Below, in pieces: positions 13,201-24,583 of a stretch of 64,000 bases of DNA. Source of the DNA: Cyanophora paradoxa CCMP329 (Eukaryota > Plantae > Glaucophyta); contig QPMI01000637.1 of the NCBI GenBank assembly GCA_004431415.1, positions 124,001 through 188,000 of the forward strand. Direction: 5' to 3'. The notes beneath the pieces are model-generated. The model was given only the letters and a program-made list of their open reading frames with translations. It searched no databases and had not been told where the DNA came from. The position numbers were made by a program, and so were the translations under genes. Position 1 is the first letter of the stretch. Each line of letters starts with the position of its first letter.

Positions 13201-14184
13201 TTGGAGCGGGACATTTGCGCAAGATCTAGTGACCCGCTGGCTTTGGACTCCATGGCAGCTGAGGCCTGTACTAGCGAAGAGCCGCTCGAAGTGTACGTCG
13301 CTCCCGACTGGAAAGACGCAATGAACAGCAAGGCAAACGCCTTGGTCGGTATTGCGCTCTGCCATGCGACTATTGCAACGCTGGATCTCTCCAGAGCTGC
13401 CGCTGATTCATCCCACGTGCACATGCACGCTTCTTGCTGCGGGGAATTCGAACAAGCCGCCGACCTTCACAGACTCGACGAGGTCGGCTTGCAGTCCTGG
13501 GCTGCTTTGAATACAGACCGATATCGATATTTAGCCAATATATTGCAGGCTCTTCGACTGAAAGCGTTCTGCTACGGCGAAGGCTCAATGCAAACAGTCC
13601 AAGTTCTGGTCTGCAAGGCACTCGTGCATGAAAAGCGAGGTCCGCATGCTTAATAGCTATAGCTATATGTTTGCTAACATGAACTAAACATGAATGTTTG
13701 CAGGCGATTCTCGAGAAGCTCTAAAGATTCTTCGTGCTGCCGAGAGCACGGCGTCCACATTTTCCTCTGTCCTCCGGCATTGGAGTATCTTGAATAGCGT
13801 GGACGCATCGATATCGCGATCGGAACATGCCAGCGCCATGCAGAGGCCCGCAGAAGCCCATTCTGCAAAAGCCCACGTGAACGCTGAGTATATTGGAGTG
13901 CGAATTTGCTTCGATGACAAGCTGCTATCCAATCCGCATCTATGCATGGCAGACCTTCTCTCGGCTATTGCGAGAGTTGATGCATCCCTTTCAAAGCCGA
14001 AAGCCGCTGAACTGCTTCAACAGGTGCGTGGGCTCGCTTATCTAGTAATATAAGGAGATATGTGTGATCATTATCCGTTTCACAGGCGTGCAACATATAC
14101 AACGATTACCGCCTTTGCGACGGCGCGCATCGCTTTCCATCCGTGGATGATGTCAATTCCCGCCTTCAGTTGGCCATGTCTTAG
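7248..14184 (+). CDS. Multi-exon DUF4062 + NACHT/AAA-type P-loop + TPR-repeat protein (NPHP3/TEP1-like STAND architecture)
   Basis: Spliced N-terminus KIFLSSTFRDMGPER...DVFPRLRQKCERQGVFLVPVDLRWGVTEEE...VCLRQVDESRPYFFCF..ERYG is DUF4062-like. Walker A GEPGLGKT (~8675) and Walker B LIVVIDGVD (~9130). Kinesin-light-chain-type TPR motifs (FGGYHSETMHTMYSLA, YGRVHSRVASALLDLG, LGQSHPDVARSMWEVA). Last exon 14086-14184 ends in TAG. Confidence 0.85.
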
Positions 14185-14569
14185 ACGTACCCGCCTTCTA
14201 AATACATGTCGGCGTCCGTGTTGCAATTGGACGATCGCGATGGCTATGGAGAGGCCATGGCCATGGCCACGATCACGTACGAGCACGCGTACGTATACGT
14301 ATATATATATATATATATACGCGTACGTATATATACGTATACCTGCAGGGGGATTCGCGATCGGACGAGCCGGGATGGGATGAGAAGGGCCGGGGAAACG
14401 CGTACGAGGGATCTCAGATCTAGAGGGATCCGGATCTCTTATACCTTGAAATGAACTTGGTCGCTGAATTCGAACCCCTCGAGAAAAAAATTCATTGGCC
14501 ACGTGCACGCGCACCTGAGCTCCCCGGCCCGTCCCGCACGCTTGCTGACCAGACAAGCGCAGCCTCCAG

Positions 14570-16127
14570 GCCCCGCAATCGGGGGGCTGCGTTGGCCGCC
14601 CCAGTCGCATACCGACCCGTCCACCTCTGCCCGCATCGCGGTCGCCCTGCTAACGCGCCCCGCATCGCAGGCCGGTCTCGAGTTCTACGTTGAAGGATTC
14701 AAGCGCCGCTGCGGCGGACTGCGCGGACTGTGACTGCGTCTTCGCGGACTGCTGAACGAAGCAGGACGACTTCGCGGACTGCGGCGTCTTCGTCCTCGAG
14801 TACATCGAGCGCTTCCGGATCCTCCAGGAGCCCCTCGTCCCCGCCCTCCTCGGCAAGAACGGCGCCCTCGCCTTCAGGGTGCCGTGCCCCCTGAGCCGGC
14901 CCCTGCGCCTCGCCTCTAGATCTCACGCCCGCGGCGCCGCAGAAGGAGGGCTGGTTCACGGTGGAGGACGTCATGCAGAAGCGGTCGGCGATCCAGGCGC
15001 TCATCGTGAGGCTGGTGCGGGGCTGGCGCGCGCGGGGCGTGGCGGGGCGGGGGTGAGGGCAGGTGCGGCGCAGGTGGGCGCAGAGGAGGCGGGGCGGCTA
15101 GAGCTGGAGGTGACAGAGGCGGCCAAGTACGTGGACGACGAGTTCAAGAGCCTCCACCCCGACCCCTCCCCCATCGATCGCGACGTCCATGGCCACGCCG
15201 ACGTTGCGTCGGAGGAGGAGAGGATTGAGGCCCCAGGCCTGATTGAGGGGCGGGCGGAGCGGGCGGCGCGGCGGAGCGCCGGGGCGGGCGGCAGCGCCGT
15301 CGGCCCGAGCTCGGACGGGGAGGCGGGGGCTAGCGTCTCCGGAGGGGGCGGCCAGGAGAGCCCCCTCCTCCGGCGGCGCCTCCTCGAGGCGGAGTGTGCC
15401 GCGGAGGCCGCCCGGGCAGAGGCCGCGCGGGCGCGCGCGGAGGCGGCCGAGGCGGCCACCGCCCGCGCGAGCCACGCGCGGGAGGCCGAGCGGCTCCGGC
15501 GGCAGCTCGCACAGGCGGAGAGCGCGGCGGAGGCGGCGCGGGCGGAGGCGCTGGCGGTGCGGGGGCGGCTGGCGGCGGCCGAGGTCGAGGCGGGGCGCGC
15601 CTCGAGGCAGAGCGCTAGCGCTCGAAGGTGAGACGGCCCTTTGGAATCCGCTTTGCCTCCCTCGTCGGTGCGGGCGGCAGGCCTCTGACGGCGTCGCAGA
15701 GGGCGGGGCTGGCGGCGCGGGTGGCGGAGCTGGAGGGGCGCCTGGCGGGGAGCCTGCCCGTCACGGCGGCCGCCCTGGCCGGCCTCTCGGCGGGGAGCTC
15801 GAGGCGGCGCAGGGGCGCCTCGCGGAGGGCGTGGGCGCCCTCGCGGCCGCCCTCGTCGCGGCGCGCGTGGCGGAGGCGACGGCGGCGCTGCAGCGGCAGG
15901 CGGACGAGGAGCGGGCGGCCCGCGAGCGCGCCGAGCAGCAGCAGGCGCTCTGCGTGGCCTGCCTGGAGCGCCCGCCCTCCGTCCTGCTGCTGCCCTGCCG
16001 CCACATGACCGTCTGCGACGGCTGCTACGACAGGCACCTCGCCGCCAGCGGCCGGCGGCCCCACTGCCCCTCCTGCCGCGTCCCCATCAACAAGAGGCGC
16101 TCTGTCCGCGGCGCCTTCCTTTCGTAG
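14570..16127 (+). pseudogene. Ulp1/SENP-like C-terminal fragment + coiled coil + C3HC4 RING finger (frameshifted)
   Basis: KQDDFADCGVFVLEYIERF (14759-) and WFTVEDVMQKRSAIQALIVRL resemble the C48 catalytic-Cys region. C-terminal CVACLERPPSVLLLPCRHMTVCDGCY...CPSCRVPI RING. Frame breaks near 15600 and 15795. Confidence 0.7.
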
Positions 16128-16598
16128 CTATAGGTATAGCTATTGCCATAGGCCGGAGCTTCGCTGAGGTATAGGTATAGCTATCGCTGAGAGCAGCTTC
16201 GCGGCTGGCGTTGCTTGCGATTATTGGATCCGATGATCGATGATCTCCCCTGGCTATCATAGTATATATATATATATACGTATAGCGTATACGTAGAATA
16301 TATAGGTCAACTTATAATGCCGGGCGCTTTAGGGCCTCTTCTATCTAGAAAACTCTATATAACTTCCTTAAAAGCTTCTTTTATCTCGAACGTTTTATTC
16401 GAATTCAGTCCCAGTTTCGAATTCGACGTTCTGTCTGCAGCCGCCGAGCTGGGGCCCTCATGATCAGCTGCAGGGTCTCTGCCCGCTGGATCTAGCATTC
16501 ATGCATGCAGAGCAAGCCGCTGAGCGACTAGTACTCACTTATTTAATTATTTATGATCATTGAAACTACTGCTGCGCTCTTAGGTAACTTGCAATCGG

Positions 16599-19377
16599 CT
16601 AGTAGAGGCGATCGAGGGCGCAGGATTGCGAGGGCCCCGGGGGCGCTTGGGTGCCGGGCTCCGTCTGCGCCTCCGGCTCCGCGGGTCCCTCCTCCTGGCC
16701 GCCGGGGGGGCCGGCCTCCTGGGCCCAGGCGTAGGACCAGGGGCCGAAGTCGCGGCCCCAGAGCGGCGCCCCTGGGCCTCCCCGGCCCGCCTCCACCTCA
16801 CGGAAGGCCGCCACGTTCTCCACGAAGCGCACAATCTGGGCGCGCGCGCGGGCTAATATTCAATAAATGAGGAAGAATTCAGGCGGAGCTTGAGCCCGTT
16901 TAGAGCGCACGTCGTCGGCGCGGGTGGCGAAGGGGAGGCAGAAGCTGCGGCGGAGGGCCTCGGAGCCCCACCACGCGAAGAAGCGCCGCGCGTGGGCGAG
17001 CGACGGCGCCGCCGCCAGCTCCGTCCGCAGCACGTGCAGCCGCCAGCCGGCGCCCTGCAGCTGCCGGCGCCCCGGCCGGAGGCGGCCCCGGGGTCAGCCC
17101 GCCGAGGCCGACGGCGGAGCTGGGCCGGGAGCGGGGCGGACGGAGAGGGGCAGCTCGGCGCCGCCGAAGTTCATGCCGACGACGCGCCCGGCGCCGTCCA
17201 GCAGCGGGCCCCCCGAGAAGCCGGCCTGCCCGCCCCGTCTCCCCCCGAGGGGCGGGCGCGGCGGCGGCCCACGCACCTCGGAGTAGGCGGAGTGGAGGAG
17301 GACCTCGCCGCCCTCCCACGCGAACGGCAGCTGCGCGCAGGAGATTAGAGCTGAATAGATCTAGGGACGAAGGGGATCGGGCGCCTTGCCGCCGCCGATC
17401 TCGCGGCGGAGCCAGGGGTCGGGGCGCCAGAAGGCGCCGGCGGTGCAGCAGGGCATGGCGGCGAGGGAGGGGAAGCCGACGGAGGCGACGGCCGCCCCGG
17501 GCTCCAGCGGCGCAGTCGACACCGCCGCCTCCTCCACGCACTCCTGCCTCCCCGCTCGGGGCGGGCGGGGGCGGGGCGGGGGCGGGGCGGGGCGGACGGG
17601 GAGGGCGGCGGGTTCGACGCGGAGGAGGGCGGCGTCGAGGGAGGCGCAGTAGCCGAGCAGCTCGGCCCCCAGGAGGGCGCCCCCCGCGTGCACCCGCACC
17701 TGCCCCCCCGCCTCAGGTCAGGTCGGAGGCTTCGAGAGCGCGTGCCCGGACTCGGGAGCGCGCACGGGGCCGCGGGGGGCGCCGTCGGAGCGGGCGAGGA
17801 GGGTGTGCGCGCAGGTCACGACCAGGCCCCGCCCTCGGTCGTAGAGCCACCCCGTCCCCGTCTCCCACGCCTCGCCCCCGAGGCCGCCGCCGGCCTTGCC
17901 CTGCCGCGCTCCGAGGTCAGGCGGCGCCGTCGGGCCGGGCCCGGGACGGGCTCGAGCGCGCGCGCCTCGCCGGCGCCGGGCTCAGCGGGCGCCTCGATGC
18001 GGACGATGAAGCCGGTGGGGGCGGCCTGCGCGCGCCCGCCCGCGCCCCGGCGTCAGCCGCAACCCACCGCGAGGGCGCTCCAGGACGAAGCGCGCGCCGT
18101 GCCCCGCCTGGCGAGGCGGGCGCCCTCCTCCGCCAGGCGTCCCACGCGGGCGCTCAGCTCCGCCTCCGCGAAGAAGGCCCACCGCGCCACCCCTTCGCCG
18201 CCTGCCCCGCCCGGCCCCGCCCCCGGCGTCAGGCGAGGCGCGCGCCGGCTCCTTCGGCGGAGGGCGCACGGCGTAGGTGCGGGCGGCCTCGGCGGGGCGG
18301 CCCGTGCGCTCGAAGGCGCGGGCGAGGAAGAGGAGGAGCCAGGCGCGGACGAGCCAGGGGGCCCCCCGCCCCCGCGCCACCTCCAGCACCACCTGCGCCC
18401 GGCGCGCGCTGAGCGGCGCCGGGGGCTCGAGCTAAGATGAAGGAGCACGGGTTCGAGGGCGGCGGCGGGGCCGTGGAGGGCGCTGCTGTCGAGGATGTGG
18501 AGGAGGCGGAGGAGGAGCCCCGCGGGGTCCGCCCCCGCGTCCCTCGCGATCTCCAGCGCCTCCTGCCCGCCCCGTCAGGGGGGGGGGAGAGGGGGGGTAG
18601 AGGCGCACGGCGCAGAGGTCGACGGCGGCGTCGGGCTCGCCGGACCAGAGGCGCGCCTGCCGGTCCCGCGCGCGGGCCTCAGCGGCCAGGGAGCCGGGGA
18701 GGCGTAAGGGGCGGGGCGGGCCATGGCGAGGTTCGCGAGGGCCTCGGCGGTGCGCAGCGACCGCGGGCTCCGCTCCCGCAGCTCCCCCGCCGCCCGCTGC
18801 GAGACGCGAGGGGGCGCCCCGCGCCCCAGATTCGACCCAAGGCTGGGGGGGGGGGAAGGTGGGAGGGGGGTACGGACCTCGAGGGCCTCGCGGGTCTGGG
18901 CCAGGTCCCAGGCGGCGCGCTCGAGCGCGCCGGCGCGCCCGGCCCCGGCATCCCCGCCGCGCCCCCTCCGCTGGGGCCGCTCGACTTGCTCGGAGGCCGG
19001 CTCGCTCGAGGGGGGTACAGAGGGGGGAATGGGGGGGCCGGTGGGGGGTACGGGGGTCGCGGCGGGGCCGGAGGAGAGCGGCCGCAGGAGCCCGCGGGGG
19101 GCGGCGCGGGGACAGCGGAGGCCGGCGGCGGCACCGCGACAGCCGCGCGCGAGCATTGCCCCCCTGGCTGCTCGGGAGCGTCAGGGCGGGGGAAGGAGGC
19201 CGGGGAGGGCGCCGGGAGCGTCAGGGCGGGGCGGATTAGAGCGGGGGGCGGTGCGGCATCCAGATGCGAGGCGACGCGGCGCACCTGTGCTGAAAGCAGC
19301 TCACACTCGGCCCGCTGCTGCTCGGCGGGGGCGCGCGCGGACCGGCCTCTGCTCTGAGCGAGATGTGAACGGAGCAT
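16599..19377 (-). CDS. Multi-exon trypsin-like (S1/PA clan) serine protease with N-terminal helical region
   Basis: Triad motifs in order on the minus strand: GLVVTCAHT (~17805), LDAALLRV (~17630), GFSGGPLLDGAGRVVGMNFGG (~17200). Ends approximate. Confidence 0.7.
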
Positions 19378-20055
19378 TGATGCCGGGCCAGTAGCTACAG
19401 GGGCGGCATGTGCATGGAGCAGCGCCGTTCGGCGACGCGACGCACCGGCTATATGCAAACTAAGCGCGTGTTCGGTCGGCGCAATGCATGCCGCGTGCAC
19501 GCGAACGAGGGGGCGCGCCGGAGGCTCAGCGTTCGCCTCTGCGCATGCGATGATGGCCACGCATCACCGCTGCAGGTCGGCCGCGCTTCGATATGCTGTT
19601 GATCCAACTGCGGGCTTCTGATCGACGCCGATCGGCGATTAGATGCTCCTGCTGCTATCGGCCGCGCTTCATGAATCGAAGGCACTCTGCACTTGTACCC
19701 CCGGAAAAGAGCTTTCAACTTCGCTAGCTGTGGCCAGCGTACGGTTCCAGCTGCATATCCCACGTCAGGCGGCCAACGGAAGAGTGCAGGAGCGAGCGGA
19801 CGTCGACTCTTTTCGCCCCTCCAGCCCGACCGCTTAGCTCCGCGATTGGAGCTAGCTACGTCAGCCTACATCTCTCCAGACCATCAGTCTTCAACTCCGC
19901 ACGTGCCGCTACACGGACGTTCGCGCAGTTGAGAGGGCGCTCGTTCGACAGGCCCGGAAGCGGAGCTGGCGGGTTGCTGTCGTCTGCTCCAAGCGGGCCA
20001 CACCGACAGCCGGCGACCGTGAAGGCGCCGGGGCGCTGCAGCCCCGGGCCACGCA

Positions 20056-21331
20056 ATGCTCTCGGCGCCGAGGGCGGCCGGGCCGCCCGTGACGCCGGAG
20101 CGGCCGGCGTCGCTCGTGAATGTCGACGACAAGCTCTCCATTCTAGCGCACATCCTGGACCGGGTGCGCCGCTTGCACCGCTCCAGATGCGGAGGGGGCG
20201 CTCGCTCAGCTAGCTGCTGGCCACGCCGCGCCGCCCGCCCCGCCTCCGGCTCTGCTATGCGACGTGTGAGCTAACGCTTCCCCCGCGGCAGGCGGAGAAG
20301 CCGCCGCCGCCGCCGCCGCCGCCGCGCAAGCGGCCCGCCCGCCCGTCCGAGGGGGGGCCTGAGGAGGGCCCGCGCCGCCCCCGCCCCCCCGTGGACGCCC
20401 CGCCCCGCCGCCGCCCCGCCGCGCCCGCCGAGGCCTCGCCGGGGCGGCGAGGCCGACCCCCGGAGGCCGCTGCCCTCTCCGAGTCCTTCTCGTACGACGC
20501 CGCCTTCCACCCCCGCGCCCGCGACGCCTCCCCCAGCCCGCCGCCCTCCGCCCCGCCCGACCCGGGCCATCCCTCCGCGGCGTCAAGTTCGCGGACGCCG
20601 CCCTGCCGCCCGCCCCGCCGTCGGCGGCGGCGGGGCCGCCGCTGACGGCGTCGGCGCTGCTGCGGGCGGCGGTGCAGCAGGCGAAGCCGGCCTCGCTCGC
20701 CGCGCTGGCGCCCACCATCGAGGTCTCGCGGGAGCGCGGCCCCGGGGGCGAGGAGGAGGAGGAGGAGGACGACGGGGTCTTCACGCGCTTCGGGCGCGCC
20801 GCGAATGCGAACAAGAGCAGCCGCTCGGTCGGCCTCCCCTCCCGCGGCTCCAGCAAGGGCGGCGAGCCCGCGCCCCGCCGCCGCTCCGTGTCCGTCCCCT
20901 CCCCTCTCCCCGCGGAGCCCCGTACCCCTCTGACAAAGCGCTGCGCGTACCCCCCGCCAGGGACGGGATCTCGGAGATGGCGGCGCTGGCGAACGTGGCG
21001 ACGGCCGCCGTGGCCTTCAAGGCGCTGCGCCGCGGCTCCCTCGCCGGCGACTTCGTGCGTACCCCCGCGGCGCGGGATCGTCGAGGGGGTCGTACCCCTC
21101 CCCTGACCGGATGTTCCCGCCCCAGAACGCCAACGTGCAGGAGATCAGGGAGCGCATGGGCGAGAAGTGGGACAAGAAGGTGCCGCGTACCACCCCCCCG
21201 AGCGTCGCTCTCGCCCCCCTCGCCCCCCGCCGATCGCCGTACCCCCAGCGGGACCAGAAGGCTCTGAAGGCGGGCGAGCCGGAGCTGCACAGGCTGCACA
21301 AGGGGGAGTACCAGTACTACACGTGCGCCCA

Positions 21332-21370
<39 letters not shown>

Positions 21371-24318
21371 GTGGGGGCGAGGTGCAGGAATCCGAACGTG
21401 CCCCGCAGGTTCGAGATCCCGCAGGGCTCCAACCGCTTCCTCATCAACCTCCAGGTCCCTCCCCCCCCTCTCCGGTTCCCCACCCATCTTTCTAAACGCG
21501 TACCCCCCTTCCCGCCAGGCGCTCTCGGGCGATCCGGATCTCTTTGCTTCGTTTCGAGAGCAGTTCCCGGGGACCGAGAGGCACCAGTTCAAATCCGAGA
21601 GGGAGGTCAGTCCTTCTTCTAGAAAAGCGCTCCCCGCCCGACTAGAACCCGCGCCCCAGGGGGACGATGTGCTCGAGGTGACGGACGAGCACCCTGACTT
21701 CCGCCCGGGGCCGATCTACATCGGTGCGCCGGCTCGAATCCGGCCCGGGACATTTCCCCGCCTGAGCGCCGCGGCCCTCGCCGCAGCGGTGTACGCGGAG
21801 AGCAAGAGCGAGTACCGCCTCACAATCCGATCGGCCTCCTCCGCCGTCCTCACCCCCAGCAAGTGCGCCGCGCGGGGGGTACGCGTCCCCGACCGCCCTC
21901 TGAGTCCCCTCGCCCCCAGGATCGCGATGGGCAAGGTGGAGCCCTCGGAGCTGGCCTTCTACAGGATTCAGGTTCGACTCCCGCCGGCTCCGTTGTCTCT
22001 TGCCCCATTCGCTCGAGCCGGTGGCGCCCGCAGATCAGCGACGCGCGGCAGTCGGTGTCCTTCAAGCTCAGTGCGCCGTACCCCCTGCATCTCTTCCTCC
22101 CTCCTAGACTCCCCTTACCCACGCTCGCCCTCTTCCGCAGCCCTGCGGGACCCGAAGGGCAACCCGCTGAGTGCGGCCGCGCCCCCCGCCCTGTTCTCCC
22201 CGCACCCCCGCTGACATCCTTACGCCGTCCCCCTCCAGCCATCCCCGACGACGAGAAGCCGAAGCTGCACGTCTCTGCCAAGTACAAGTTCCCCAACTCG
22301 GGTACCCCCGGCATTTCCTTCCCCCCCCCCCCCCCCCCCCCCCCGGCCCCGCGTGAGCGGCGGGCAGTGACGGCGGTGTGGAGCGGGGTGTTCGAGGAGG
22401 AGGAGGAGGAGCTGACCCTCACCGTCGACCCCATCGACCTCCAGTTCCGCACCGGTCCGCCCCCGCGCCCCCGCCCCCGCCCCGCCCCGCCTCCGGTGCG
22501 AGCGGGGCGCAGGGTGGTGGTACGCGTGCGTGGAGCCGGGGCCGGCGGCCTGCCACTTCAAGATCTGCGCCTCCCAGAAGAAGTGTGAGCGCCCGCCCGG
22601 GCCGGCCTCCCCGCATCCCCCTCCCCCTCCGCCTGCGCGATGCGAGCCGGGGGCGGCGCAGACCCGCCGGACCCGCGCTCCGACCGGGCCTCCCTCCAGG
22701 TGCGAGCTGCGCCTGCGGGGCCTCGCCCGCCCCCGCTGACCCCGCCCCGCCCCCTACCCCCGCGCCCCGCAGGCGGTGACGAAGGCGGTGAACTCGGGGC
22801 TCTACGACCGCGCCGCCGCCGCCTCCTCCCGCTCCCCAGGTCCCCGCCCGCCCCGGCGAGGGGGACGGCCCGGAGGCGGCGGGGCTGACGCGGGGCGGCG
22901 CCAGGCATCCGCATCATCGCCGAGACGATCCCCGAGGACGCCGCCCACGCCCCCGCCCCCGGCCCCGGTCCGCCCCGCAACGCCCTTCCTTAAAACGGCC
23001 CTCCCCTCTCGCCCGCTCCCGCTGATCGCCCGTGCTCCCGCCTCTCAGGGGTGCAGCGGCCGCCGCTGCCGCGGACGTCGAGCTTCAAGGGCCGCGGGGC
23101 GCCCCGCCCCCTCCAGGCGCGCCCCGCCCCGCCCGCCCAGCGGAGCACTCCGCATCGCCGCCCCTCACGCCGCCGCCTGCGCAGCTGGCGACGGTGGAGG
23201 AGGGGGCCTCCTCGGCCCCCTCCGCGTCGGCGCCGGCGTCGGAGCCGGCGCCGCACGCGCCGCGCCCGCCGGCTTCCTTCCGCCAGTCCGCCTCCTTCCG
23301 CCGCCGCAGCGTCGCCGAGGCCGCCGAGGCGCAGGCCCCCGCACGCGCCCCGCCCCGGGGAGGCCGGGCCCTCGGCGCCGACCCAGGGGCCCGAGCCCGG
23401 GGCGGAGGCTGCAGCGCCGGCCCAGACCGGCGGCGCGGGCTCGCCTGCCGGCGGGGCGCCCCCGCGGGCGCCGAGCTTCCGCAGGCGCAGCGTGGCGGAC
23501 GTCGTCGAGCACGACCCCGCGGAAGGCGGCGGCGGCGGCGGCGGCGGCGGCCTCGGCGCCCTGGTCGTGCCCTCCTCCGGCAGCTTCCGGCGCCGCAGCC
23601 TGGCGGTCGCCGTGCCGGCCCGGACGAGGCGGCGGGGCGGCGGGGCCCCTCTTCCCGCCCATCCTCGCCGCCGCCTCGCCGCGGGCGGGCCTCTCGCCGA
23701 CGCCGGGCGCCTCCCCGCGGCTGCCCATCTCGCCCCGCCGCGCCCCGCGCTCCCTCTCCACCCTCGCCCACGACCCCTCCGGCCCCGCCCCGCCGATCCG
23801 GCGCCCGCCGCCTCGGCGTCGGCGTCGCCGCTGAGCAGCCGGCGGGCCCCGCTCGGCGTGCCGCGCTCCTCGACCTTCTCGGCGGCCGGCGCGCCCGGCG
23901 CCAACCGCCGCTCCTCCATCGAGGAGGCCCTCGGCCTGCACTCCCCGGTACCCCCCTTCCTTTCCCCGCCGGCTCGAATCCGGGCGGGCCCGTTTCTCAC
24001 GCCGGGGGCGGCAGGAGGGGAACCCGGAGCTGGACCGGGACCCGTACCTCGCCCGCGCCGTCCAGGTCCCCCCCGGCCCCCGCCCCGCCCTGTCCTTGCT
24101 CTTTGCTGAGGCGCGGGCAGGCGGCGGCGGCGGAGCTGCAGGCGATCGCGGCGGCGTCGCCGCGGGTCGTGGTGCCGAGGCAGCCGTCCTTCCGGGCCCC
24201 GCCCTCCCGCGTCGCCGCCGTCCTCGAGAAGCTCGAGGCCCGCTCCCAGCAGGCCGCCGGGGGCGGGACCGGCGGGGCCGGCGGCACCGAGGGCCCCGCG
24301 AACCGAGGCGACGCGTGA
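20056..24318 (+). CDS. Multi-exon protein with PPC-like (pre-peptidase C-terminal) beta-sandwich repeats and long low-complexity tails
   Basis: Spliced GEYQYYTFEIPQGSNRFLINLQALSGDPDLFASFREQFP...GDDVLEV...GPIYIAVYAESKSEYRLTI has the typical GDPDL motif. A second similar unit lies at 21920-22580. Confidence 0.6.
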
Positions 24319-24583
24319 AACGGTGCTGGTCGGCGCTGGCGCTGCTGGCGCTGCCCGGCCCCTGCCCCACCCTAGGCATTCTGCAGTTTTTCAATTTTCA
24401 TTTACGTGCATCACGGGGCCAACGCTTCTGCCGCAGTGCGGGCCAGCTACGGTACAGCTGCAGCTCAAGATCATTTAATTTGCAGCCTGGCAGCGGCTGG
24501 CCTGGTATGGGCATGACCAGCTGCAGGGCGAACCACATGCAGCAGCAATTCATGATTATCAATTGATATTCGCGAAAACAAAT

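Noticed and set aside
21332-21369. Long poly-G and poly-C runs (also ~22320 and ~48840-48920) as functional G-quadruplexes
   Set aside because: Simple homopolymers whose length is unreliable in assemblies; no evidence of function.
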